Shown here: positions 18,999 to 27,635 of the stretch, piece by piece
Position numbering within the stretch: the first letter of the stretch is position 1
Layout of the letters: every line of letters starts with the position of its first letter
From: an uncultured Acidobacteriota bacterium
GTDB taxonomy: Bacteria; Acidobacteriota; Thermoanaerobaculia; Multivoradales; SZUA-115
DNA: 64,000 nt
NCBI GenBank assembly: GCA_963805975.1
Contig: CAWDVR010000001.1
Coordinates: 672,001 to 736,000 of the forward strand
Direction: 5' to 3'
Translations under genes and position numbers: made by a program
The notes under the pieces: generated by a model
The model's database searches: none
Told to the model about the DNA's origin: nothing
Seen by the model: the letters and a program-made list of their open reading frames with translations, nothing else

Positions 18999-20797
18999 TG
19001 CGGTTCCCTCAGCCGGTGGAGGCGGTCGACTCCGGGACGCTCGAGCGTCTCGCTGCGGCCCGACGGCCAGCGGACCACGGCCCGATCCACCGCCGCGGCG
19101 GATCCCAGCCCGTAGTGCAATCGCCGCTGGTTCTGGGCGCTGAAGCCGCTGCCGCCGCTGACCTCCTGCACCTGGCGCTGGCGGTTCCAATGGACTTCCA
19201 CCCGCGCCCCGATGGCGCTGCGGTTGCTGGCCGTCCCTTCGAGCTCGAAGGCGATCCAGTGTCGTCCCGGCTCGACGGAGTTCCGGTACACCAGGAGCGG
19301 CCCGCGCTGGTTGGCGACGATCACGTCCAGCGCTCCGCGGTTCGAGAGGTCCGCGAGGGCGACCGCCCGGCCGTCGAAGGTGTCGGTGACCCCCACCTCC
19401 CGGGCCACCTCGGTGAAGCGGCCGACGCCGTCGTTGAGCCAGACGCGCGAGGGTTGGTAGCCCGAGAGGCTGCGGCCGCGCATCGCCGGCCAGTTGCGGG
19501 CGTCGCCGATGATCCGGCTGTGCCCCACCGCGATCTCCGCGAAGTCATACCAATAGCTAGTGCGCTCGCCGGCCGAGACGTAGCCGTTGGCGAGATAGAT
19601 GTCGAGCGTGCCGTCGTTGTTGAGGTCGCCGAACTGCGCCCCCCAGCTCCAGCCGCCGAGATCGACGCCGAGCGTCGCCGCGAGATCCTCGTACTCGAGC
19701 CCCGCCCCCGCGGTGCCCGCCTTCGGCACCCAGAGGTCGTTGGCCTGCACCAGCACGCCGGGCTCGGAGATGTTGGTCTTGTAGATCGACAGCCGCCCGT
19801 CGTTGAAGACGTCGCCGAACGAGCTGTTCATGCCGCTCTTCGGCGTGCGGCCCACACCGGTTTCGCGCCCGATCTCGACGAAGCCTTTGCCACCCCGATT
19901 GGAGTAGAGCTCGGCCACGCCATAGTCGTTGGCCAGGAAGAGGTCCGGATAGCCGGTCCCGAAGAGGTCCGCGGCGGAGGCGGCCAGCGTCCAGCGGCGC
20001 GAGCGGATCCCCAGCGCTTCGGAGGTCTCCTCGAAGGTACCGTCGCCTCGGTTCCGGAAGAGGTACTTGCGGCCCCCGTTCTGCGCGTACTCGAAGCTCT
20101 CCGGCATGATGCGGGTCGTCTCGAGCTTCCAGAGGTCGATGTCCTCGGCCCAGTAGCCGGCGAGGAAGAGGTCGAGCCATCCGTCTCGGTCGTAGTCCCA
20201 CCACAGGGCGGAGTTCGCGTTGACCCACGGCGGCAGGCCGGCCTGCTCGGAGATGCGCACGAAGGCCTGCCCGCGGTCGTTGCGGAAGAGCTCGGGCCGG
20301 CCGTACTTGTAGAGGAAGAGGTCCTCGTAGCCGTCGTTGTCGATGTCGCCCCAGAGCGCACCCATCGAGACGCCGGTGCCGGGGCGGTTGACGTCGGCCA
20401 GCCCGAGGGCGGGTGCCAGGTCCGTGAACGACCCGTCGTGGTTGTTGCGAAACAGGCGGTTCTGGCTGCCCTCCGCACTGTTCGTGACGTAGACGTCCTG
20501 CCATCCGTCGCGGTCGAAGTCGCCGACCGCCACCGCGGCACCCAGCGCCGCGATCTGCGGCATGATGTGATCGAGCTGCGCGTCGAACGTCGGCGCCTGG
20601 TGGACGAAGTCCATGCCCAGGCGCTTGGCGGATTCCTCGAATCGAAACCCGTGCCGCAAAGTGGCCGGATCGGCGCCGTCCGGCGCGCTGCCGGCGCGGC
20701 TGGCGGATCGGTTGATCGCCACCACGGCGACCAGCGCCAGCACGAACAGGGCCGTCCACAGCACCCTCAGCAACCCTTGGCGGCCGGCGTCGGTCAT
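18995..20797 (-). CDS. CRTAC1-like FG-GAP protein with ASPIC/UnbV domain
   Basis: DxDxDG repeats; SNRSAIGARV...GGSGFSAQN..LHYGLG..VRWPSG. Confidence 0.88.
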   Translation of the reverse strand: MTDAGRQGLLRVLWTALFVLALVAVVAINRSASRAGSAPDGADPATLRHGFRFEESAKRLGMDFVHQAPTFDAQLDHIMPQIAALGAAVAVGDFDRDGWQDVYVTNSAEGSQNRLFRNNHDGSFTDLAPALGLADVNRPGTGVSMGALWGDIDNDGYEDLFLYKYGRPELFRNDRGQAFVRISEQAGLPPWVNANSALWWDYDRDGWLDLFLAGYWAEDIDLWKLETTRIMPESFEYAQNGGRKYLFRNRGDGTFEETSEALGIRSRRWTLAASAADLFGTGYPDLFLANDYGVAELYSNRGGKGFVEIGRETGVGRTPKSGMNSSFGDVFNDGRLSIYKTNISEPGVLVQANDLWVPKAGTAGAGLEYEDLAATLGVDLGGWSWGAQFGDLNNDGTLDIYLANGYVSAGERTSYWYDFAEIAVGHSRIIGDARNWPAMRGRSLSGYQPSRVWLNDGVGRFTEVAREVGVTDTFDGRAVALADLSNRGALDVIVANQRGPLLVYRNSVEPGRHWIAFELEGTASNRSAIGARVEVHWNRQRQVQEVSGGSGFSAQNQRRLHYGLGSAAAVDRAVVRWPSGRSETLERPGVDRLHRLREPQ

Positions 20798-23700
20798 GGC
20801 GATCTCGGGGCCTCCGCCAGCGCGAGCCCGTCGAGGAAGGCCTGCGGCGTCACGAAGCGAGTGTGGAAGGTCTGCCAATCCTCGTGGTGCCGCCGGTAGA
20901 CGGGATCCTCCTCCAGCGTTGGCGTCGGCGATGACGCTTCGTAGCGAGGATGGCCATGCTGCGGCAGCGGCAGCACGGTCTTGGAGTAGCTGGTGTTGTA
21001 GTCCCCGTCCTTCACCCAGCCGTCGCCGATGAGCACGAAGTCGCGTGCCTGCCCGGGCCCCGGCGGAGGGGGAGCCGGGAACGAAAGGAGTAGCTCGTCA
21101 CCCGCGTTCATGATCACGTACCGGTCCTCGACCTCGGCGAGCAGCGGTCGCACATCGCCGAAGCGCGTATGGTAGCCGACCAGGTCGCGCCACCGAGGCA
21201 CGGTGTTGGCGATCCGCTCGTAAACGGGGATCTCGGGCAGGTCGCGCCGGCCGCTCGAGGTTTCCGAGAACCCGCGATAACGAAGGTCCGCCCGCGAGAG
21301 GTTGATCCGGCGAGTCGCGAGCGGTGCGTCGGGCACGCCGACCGCATAGGCGAGAGAATCCCAGTAGACCTCCAGGTTGGTGCGCAACCGCAGCCGCCGC
21401 GCGGCGTGGACGCCGGCGCGCGAGACGAGGCCCAGGTCGATCAGGATCGTCTTGCTCTTGCCGGCGGGGAAGCCGAGATCGGTCGCCACCTGCACCCAGC
21501 GGCCCGTGGCGTCCCGGGCTTCGAGCGAGAGGCTTCGTGGCGGCGCATGCCCGCCCTGGCCGATCGCCACGTTGATGCTGCTGTCGGTCGGGTAGACCCA
21601 GCCGTGGGCCACCAGCCACATCGGCGTGTCACCGGGAATCTCGGTGCCCAGGTCGAGTTCCACGAAGTGGTCCTCGGCCACGCCCTGATAGCGGCCGCGC
21701 TGGAAGGTGGCGAGGAAGCGGCCGTCCTGCCGCGCGACGAGATCGGTCACCTCCGCACCGCTCTCGTCCCAGGCGCGCGCGACGGGCCGCGGCGCTCGCA
21801 TCGCGTGCACCGCCAGCGCGGGTGGCGCCACGGGGACGAACCGCTCGTCGACGAAGACCTCCACGTCCTCGGGCCGATCGACCACCAGCAGCGAGATGTG
21901 ATCGACGAAGTGCGTCTCCCAGAGCTCGGCGCTGATCCGTACGTCGTAGGCACCGTCGCGTGCCACGAGCTGATCGCCCCGGACCTTCACCCAGTCCTCG
22001 GTCTGGGTCACGCCGGCGGTGTCGTGCGCATTGATCCGCAGGCCGAGCGGCGAGCGCCACAGGAAGTCGGTCACGAAGCGCATGCCGGCGCCATCGTACG
22101 CGAAGATCCACGGGCACGATCCCTTGAGGCGTTGCTCGGCCACGACCGGCCGGTCGACCTCGGGATCGAACTCCGCCTGAGGCACGCCGTTCGGCCAGAC
22201 GATGCGGGTGACGTCGACGCTGGTCCGTGCGCCGAGCCCGAAGTGCACGGAGGGACCGGTGATCGCCTGCTTCTGCACCAGCCGGCCCGCGCGGGCTTCG
22301 ACCGTCCCGCCCACGCCGAAGGAGTTGATGCGCTGGTCGCCCGCCGCGCTCTGGGCGCGCGGGCGCACGACGTGGAAGTGGTAGCCCCGGGTGCCGCGCC
22401 CGCTGGAGCGGACGGCCCGCCCGCCCGCGAGGCCGACGAGGTCGAGCTGGCCGTCGCCGTCGAGATCGACGGCGGCCCCGGTCTCCGCCGCGAGCGTGGC
22501 CCCGAGCCGCCGCAGCACCCGGTCCTCGCCGGCCAGCCAGAGGGCGCTGGCGCCCGGCCCGGAAGCCACGAGGTCGAGCGCGCCGTTGTTGTCGAGGTCC
22601 GCGAGCAGCAGCCTCGCCGCTCCGGCCGGCATCTCGGGCCAGCTCGCCCAGGTCTCCTCGGTCCATCCGGCCGAGCCCCACGATGCGCGCCGTATCGTGC
22701 CTCCCCCGAGCGTCACGAGATCCAGCAGGCCGTCGGCATCGACGTCTCCCGCGGCGAGCGCGGTCATCCCGCTTCGGTTCTCCGGGCCCGGCACCGGCTC
22801 GAAGCGGCCTCCCTGCAGGTTGGCCAGCAGGTGCAGCGAGCCGCCGCCGTCGAGGAGCGCGGCGTCCGGATCTCCGTCGTCGTCGAAATCTCCCCAGGCG
22901 AACGCGTGGAGCCCCACGACGCCGGCCAGGGGCCGGGTAGGCTGCCAGGTCCCGTCGCCGTTGTTTCTCAGCACGACCGGCGCCGACGCGCGCACGCCGA
23001 CGACGAGGTCGAGGTCGCCGTCCATCTCGATGTCCGCGGCCCAGGCGCCGATCGCATCCAGCTCCTGGGGGCCGCTCTGGTCGCCGGCGCGAGCCGTCTC
23101 GTCCGTGAACGTGCCGTCGGCGGCTTGCAGGAACAGCCGCACACCAGCGGCCCCGGCCGCGACCAGGTCCATCCGGAAGTCGTGGTTCCAATCGAGGGCC
23201 AGGAGCCCGCTGGTCGGCGGCGGCGCGCCGGCCGCGCCACCGGGAAACGGTAAAGCGGCCCCCGGCACGTCCACGCGATGCACCTGGCGCGCGTCGGCGA
23301 CGAACACCGCCGGACGCTCTTGGCCGTCGAGCGAGACCGCGAGCAGTACGCTCGCCGGCGCCGGCGGTGCCTCACCGAGGGGCTCGAGCGAGAGCACCAG
23401 GGCCTCGTCCGCAGGCGCCGGCGCGGCCGACGGCACGGGCAGGCGCAGGAAGCGCTTGAACGGCTCGGCAACCAGCTCGTCGGGCTGCGTGACGAGGCGG
23501 CGGCTCTCGCGGAAGGCCGGCACCGGCGCGAGCAGGTTGCGCAAGAACGCCATCGCCCGCGCCGCGGCGGGGAAGTCAGAGGCGTCGCTGGCCTGCCGCG
23601 CCGAGCGATACTGGGCGACCACCTCGGGAGGCCACCCGGCGACGAATCGCTCGAGCCGGTCGAGCGAGTCCTTCAGCAATCCGGCGTCGCCACGCTTGGC

Positions 23701-24303
23701 GGAGAGCCGGGCGCGCTCGACCAGGACGGCCAGGTTGTTGGGCTGGAGCTCGACCAGATCCTCGAGCAGCCGTTGCGCTTCGGCGTTGGCATCGGGCCCG
23801 CCGGCGTTTTCGACCTCCTGGCTCAGGGCTGTCCTCGCCTGCAGGTTGCCGCCATCGAGCTCGACCGCCCGGCGCAGGTGGGCGATCCCTTCGTCACGAC
23901 TTCCACGTATCGCCGCGAAGCGAGCCTGGAGAAACGCCACCTCGCTGCTCCGCGGCGCCAGCGTGGCCGCCCGCTCGATCGCCGGGGCGGCGGTGTCGAA
24001 GGCTCCCAACCGGAGGTGCACCAGGCCCAGGTTGGCCCAGGCGGCAGGTTCCCCTGGCGCGAGCTCGGTGGCCTGCGTGAGCTCCTTGGCCGCGTCATCG
24101 AGGAGCCCGACCTCGAGCTTCGCCAGGCCCCGGAAGAACCGCCGGGTCGTCTGTTCGTACGCCTCGGACCCCGCCGCCGGCAGCCCTGCGTTGCGGCCCT
24201 TCGTCTGGTAGAGGTAGAGGCCGCCCGCCGCGAGGGCTGCGAGCACCAGCGCCCACGCGAGAGGGTGAACCATACGGCTTCCGGCCGGGGACTTGGGGAT
24301 CAC
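20794..24303 (-). CDS. TPR + FG-GAP + ASPIC/UnbV multidomain protein with C-terminal GSCP domain
   Basis: N-terminal TM, TPRs, DxDxDG repeats, VHFGLG..IVWPNG, LKGSCPWIF, DGWVKDGD. Confidence 0.85.
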   Translation of the reverse strand: MIPKSPAGSRMVHPLAWALVLAALAAGGLYLYQTKGRNAGLPAAGSEAYEQTTRRFFRGLAKLEVGLLDDAAKELTQATELAPGEPAAWANLGLVHLRLGAFDTAAPAIERAATLAPRSSEVAFLQARFAAIRGSRDEGIAHLRRAVELDGGNLQARTALSQEVENAGGPDANAEAQRLLEDLVELQPNNLAVLVERARLSAKRGDAGLLKDSLDRLERFVAGWPPEVVAQYRSARQASDASDFPAAARAMAFLRNLLAPVPAFRESRRLVTQPDELVAEPFKRFLRLPVPSAAPAPADEALVLSLEPLGEAPPAPASVLLAVSLDGQERPAVFVADARQVHRVDVPGAALPFPGGAAGAPPPTSGLLALDWNHDFRMDLVAAGAAGVRLFLQAADGTFTDETARAGDQSGPQELDAIGAWAADIEMDGDLDLVVGVRASAPVVLRNNGDGTWQPTRPLAGVVGLHAFAWGDFDDDGDPDAALLDGGGSLHLLANLQGGRFEPVPGPENRSGMTALAAGDVDADGLLDLVTLGGGTIRRASWGSAGWTEETWASWPEMPAGAARLLLADLDNNGALDLVASGPGASALWLAGEDRVLRRLGATLAAETGAAVDLDGDGQLDLVGLAGGRAVRSSGRGTRGYHFHVVRPRAQSAAGDQRINSFGVGGTVEARAGRLVQKQAITGPSVHFGLGARTSVDVTRIVWPNGVPQAEFDPEVDRPVVAEQRLKGSCPWIFAYDGAGMRFVTDFLWRSPLGLRINAHDTAGVTQTEDWVKVRGDQLVARDGAYDVRISAELWETHFVDHISLLVVDRPEDVEVFVDERFVPVAPPALAVHAMRAPRPVARAWDESGAEVTDLVARQDGRFLATFQRGRYQGVAEDHFVELDLGTEIPGDTPMWLVAHGWVYPTDSSINVAIGQGGHAPPRSLSLEARDATGRWVQVATDLGFPAGKSKTILIDLGLVSRAGVHAARRLRLRTNLEVYWDSLAYAVGVPDAPLATRRINLSRADLRYRGFSETSSGRRDLPEIPVYERIANTVPRWRDLVGYHTRFGDVRPLLAEVEDRYVIMNAGDELLLSFPAPPPPGPGQARDFVLIGDGWVKDGDYNTSYSKTVLPLPQHGHPRYEASSPTPTLEEDPVYRRHHEDWQTFHTRFVTPQAFLDGLALAEAPRSP

Positions 24304-24379
24304 TCGCGCTCCGTGGACCTGTCGTCTGGCCCCATTGTACCGACAGGCAGATCCCTGCGAGCCGATCGCTCGTGGTCCC

Positions 24380-26854
24380 TCAGAACTTCACGCGGGCGCT
24401 CACCCCGTAGGTGCGGGGCTGGTTGGTGAGGAAGCTCACCCGTGCGAGCGTGCCGCGCTCCTGCTCGAGGGCCAGGAGAGCGCGCTCGTCCGTGACGTTG
24501 TTGATGAAGAGCGCCGCGTCCCACTTCTCGTCGAGGAAGCCCAGCCGGAGGTTCACGAGGTCGTAGGCCGGCAGCTCGGCGGCGAACTGGAAGCTGCTCG
24601 CCGTCAGCGGGCCGCCGATGGTGTTGGGCAAGGCTTGCAGGTTCACCGTGCCGAAGCCGACGGCCTGGTCGCCGATCTGGGTGAAGCGCGAGCCCACGTG
24701 CTGGTAGGTCCCGGTGACGTACCCCAGCCAGTTGCTCCCGACCCGCCACTGGCCGGTAGTCGCCGCCACCACGTGCAGCTTGGGAACGGTGGGCAGGCGG
24801 TTGCCCTTCTGGAGGCCCGACACCACGCTGACGGTGCCCGCCGTGTCGGTGGAGGTCAGAGTCGACCGCAGCTCGGAATCGCTGTAGCTCGCAGAGAGGG
24901 CGAAGTCGAGGCTCTCGTTCGGCGCCGCCGTGAGCTCGAGCTCGATCCCCTGGCTCCGTGCCTTGGGCACGTTGAACACCACGCGGGACGAGCAGGAGCC
25001 CGCCGTCACCGTCGCCTGCAGATCCGAGATGTCCATGTAGTAGACCGCGGCGTTGATCGTGCCGCGACCGCCCATCACGGTGGACTTCGAGCCCACCTCG
25101 TAGTTCCAGAGCTCCTCGTCCTTCCAGGTGCCCCGGCCGCCGAAGGTTTCCAGATCCTGCGGCGTGCACAGCGGCCGGTTCAGCGGGTCGTTGATCCCGC
25201 CCAGCCGGAAGCCCTTCGAGACCTGGGCGTTGAGGCTGATCGTGTCGTTCAGGGCGTAGCTCGCGATGAGGCGCGGAGCAAAGCCGTCCGCCGAGGTCGA
25301 GCCCGGGTTCGACACCAGGGAGATGCCGTTGTTGTCGTTGCCGAAGGCGCCGTCGAAGACCTGGGTGCGATCCTCCTCGAAGTCGTAGTAGCGGAGCCCT
25401 CCGGTGAGGTCGAGGCGCTCGGTCGCCGCCCAGGTGACCTCCCCGAACAGCGCGATCTGCCGCAGGTCGTAGGAGAGATCGGAGAAGAACAGCACGTCCC
25501 GCGGTGCCAGCAGGCCCTGGGTTGGCATGCCGGTGGCTGCCTCGAAGCCCTCGGCCACTACTTGCTGGCCATAGTCGCGGGTCATGTCTGTGTAGAAGAT
25601 GCCGCTCAGCCAGGCCAGCGTGTCGGAACCGCCGGAGAGCCGCAGCTCCTGGGTCAGGACCTGGGCCTGGGTGGCGTCGTAGAGCGGGGAGTCGAGGGTG
25701 TAGATGCTCTCGGGCAGGCCGAGGTTGCCACCGGTGAAGCTGGCGGTGAGCATCGTCGTGTCCCGCACTACCAGCACGTCGCGGTCCGTGAACGAGGTGA
25801 TCGAGGTGAGGGTCATCTCGCCGAGGTCGTAGTCGAGGGTGAGATCGGCGAGCAGGAACTCGTCCGAGAAGGGCTCCTCGAGCTGCGAGAACTGCTCGCG
25901 CTCGCCCAGGTCGACCGCCGGCCGGGTCGTGGTGAAGGGGTTGCCGAGGAGGTTGTAGACGTCCTCGCGGTTCCAGCCGTCCATGTCCACTTCCTGATAG
26001 ACCAGGCGCGGCGTGATGGTCAGCCTCTCGTTGGGCTGCGCCCTGAAGGCCAGCCGCACGCCCGTACGGTCGCCGCCGTTCACGTCCTCCTGGACGCGCA
26101 GGCTCGGCTGCACGGCATCGACGAAGCCGCCGGACCGGGTGTGGTAGCCCACCACGCGCAGGGCCGCCTTCTCGCCGACCGGCACGTTGGCCCCCACCTT
26201 CACGCTGCCGCCGATCTCGCCGCCGCTGATGGCGCTCGCGGTCATCTCGCCGAACGACTCGGAGAGGCCGAGCTCGGGCTGCCGGGTGATGTAGCGCACG
26301 GTGCCGGAGAGCGAGCCCGAGCCGAAGAGGGTGCCCTGGGGGCCGCGCAGCACCTCGACGCGCGCCATGTCGACCAGGTCGAGGTCGGGCGTAAAGAGCG
26401 AGAGCGAGATCGGGGACTCGTCCAGATAGATGCCCACCTGCTCCTTGACGCCGGGCTGGTCGCGGACGATCTGGCCGGCCGAGACGCCGCGCATGGCCAC
26501 CTGGCTCTGGCCGGGGCCGAGGTTCTGCACGGTGAACCCGGGCACGTTCGCGGCCACGCCCTCGATGCTGTCCACCCCGCGCGCTCGGAGCACCTCCTCG
26601 CTGGGCGCGGCCACGGACAGCGGCACGTCCTGGAGGGATTCCTCGCGCTTTCTGGAGGTGACGGTGATCTCCTCGCTCACCGCCTGGGGCTCTGGCTCCT
26701 GCGCGATCGCCGGCTGCTCTGTCCCCGGCGATGGCTGATCCTGGGCCGCGAGTAGGCCCGGCAAGCCGGTGAGCCAGGCTGCCATGGCCAGAACAAGGGT
26801 CCATTCTGCGCTGCCGTGCCTTCGGCACACGTGCTCCGAGATCTCACCCATCAT
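24380..26854 (-). CDS. TonB-dependent receptor
   Basis: EEITVTSRKREE TonB box, VEVLRGPQGTLFG plug motif, C-terminal Phe; GAGGTGG RBS before ATG 26854. Confidence 0.92.
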   Translation of the reverse strand: MMGEISEHVCRRHGSAEWTLVLAMAAWLTGLPGLLAAQDQPSPGTEQPAIAQEPEPQAVSEEITVTSRKREESLQDVPLSVAAPSEEVLRARGVDSIEGVAANVPGFTVQNLGPGQSQVAMRGVSAGQIVRDQPGVKEQVGIYLDESPISLSLFTPDLDLVDMARVEVLRGPQGTLFGSGSLSGTVRYITRQPELGLSESFGEMTASAISGGEIGGSVKVGANVPVGEKAALRVVGYHTRSGGFVDAVQPSLRVQEDVNGGDRTGVRLAFRAQPNERLTITPRLVYQEVDMDGWNREDVYNLLGNPFTTTRPAVDLGEREQFSQLEEPFSDEFLLADLTLDYDLGEMTLTSITSFTDRDVLVVRDTTMLTASFTGGNLGLPESIYTLDSPLYDATQAQVLTQELRLSGGSDTLAWLSGIFYTDMTRDYGQQVVAEGFEAATGMPTQGLLAPRDVLFFSDLSYDLRQIALFGEVTWAATERLDLTGGLRYYDFEEDRTQVFDGAFGNDNNGISLVSNPGSTSADGFAPRLIASYALNDTISLNAQVSKGFRLGGINDPLNRPLCTPQDLETFGGRGTWKDEELWNYEVGSKSTVMGGRGTINAAVYYMDISDLQATVTAGSCSSRVVFNVPKARSQGIELELTAAPNESLDFALSASYSDSELRSTLTSTDTAGTVSVVSGLQKGNRLPTVPKLHVVAATTGQWRVGSNWLGYVTGTYQHVGSRFTQIGDQAVGFGTVNLQALPNTIGGPLTASSFQFAAELPAYDLVNLRLGFLDEKWDAALFINNVTDERALLALEQERGTLARVSFLTNQPRTYGVSARVKF

Positions 26855-27059
26855 GTGGTCGACCACCTCGGGCGGGCCTAGAGCAAGCCTCGGACCATCC
26901 ACCTGGAGGCGGCTAACTGCTGATTTATCAGGGGTTCGGCAGGCGACTCGAACCGTGGACGCGGCGTTCCCACGAGGTCGAATCGTGGGATCTATGATCT
27001 CGGCCGCTTCGACTACAATCTGGGACTCGGCACACTGCGGAAATACGGCGAGACGCTTG

Positions 27060-27635
27060 GTGGAACACCCCCTCTCGACCTTGATCCTGTCCGCCGATCG
27101 CGGCGACGGCCAAGCCTCCGAGGCGCTCTTTGCGGCGCTCTATCGAGAGCTCCGCGGGCTCGCTCGCCGCGAGCTGGCGCGCTCGGGGCCAGGCGCCGCG
27201 CTCGGCGTGACCAGCCTGCTCCACGAGGCCTATCTCGACATCGCGAAGCGCGAAGGGATGGCCTTCCCCGACCGCGCCCGGTTCCTCACCTATGCGGCCC
27301 GGGTCATGCGCGGCCTGATCATCGACGGCCTCCGCAGCCGCCAGGCCAGGAAGCGTGGCGGTGACTTCGAGATCACCTCGATCGACGGCAAGGACGTGGG
27401 CGGCGCGGGCCCGTCGGGCGAGGCCGAAGAGATCGAGCGGCTCGGCCAGGCGCTCGACGAGCTCGCCGCCGTGGAGCCGGAGATCGCGCACGTCGTCGAC
27501 CTCAAGTTCTTCTGCGGTTTCACCTTCACCGAGATCGCGAACCTCCGCGGGCTGAGCGAGCGCACGGTGCAGCGGCAGTGGGACAAGGCGCGGATCTACC
27601 TTCGCCAGGCGCTGCGCACGGGGCTCCTCGAGTGA
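27060..27635 (+). CDS. ECF-type sigma-70 factor of the kinase-associated type
   Basis: LYRELRGLA, TSLLHEAY, RKRGG, LKFFCG, SERTVQRQW motifs; coupled to the downstream kinase. Confidence 0.88.
   Translation: MEHPLSTLILSADRGDGQASEALFAALYRELRGLARRELARSGPGAALGVTSLLHEAYLDIAKREGMAFPDRARFLTYAARVMRGLIIDGLRSRQARKRGGDFEITSIDGKDVGGAGPSGEAEEIERLGQALDELAAVEPEIAHVVDLKFFCGFTFTEIANLRGLSERTVQRQWDKARIYLRQALRTGLLE

Noticed and set aside
18153-24303. Enediyne biosynthetic cluster or Rnf/Nqr complex
   Set aside because: No PKS, thioesterase or UnbL-like gene, and no other Rnf/Nqr subunits in the window
9585-24303. Recurrent GACxxCGACGGCGAC-like DNA repeats
   Set aside because: Explained by the encoded DxDxDG FG-GAP loops
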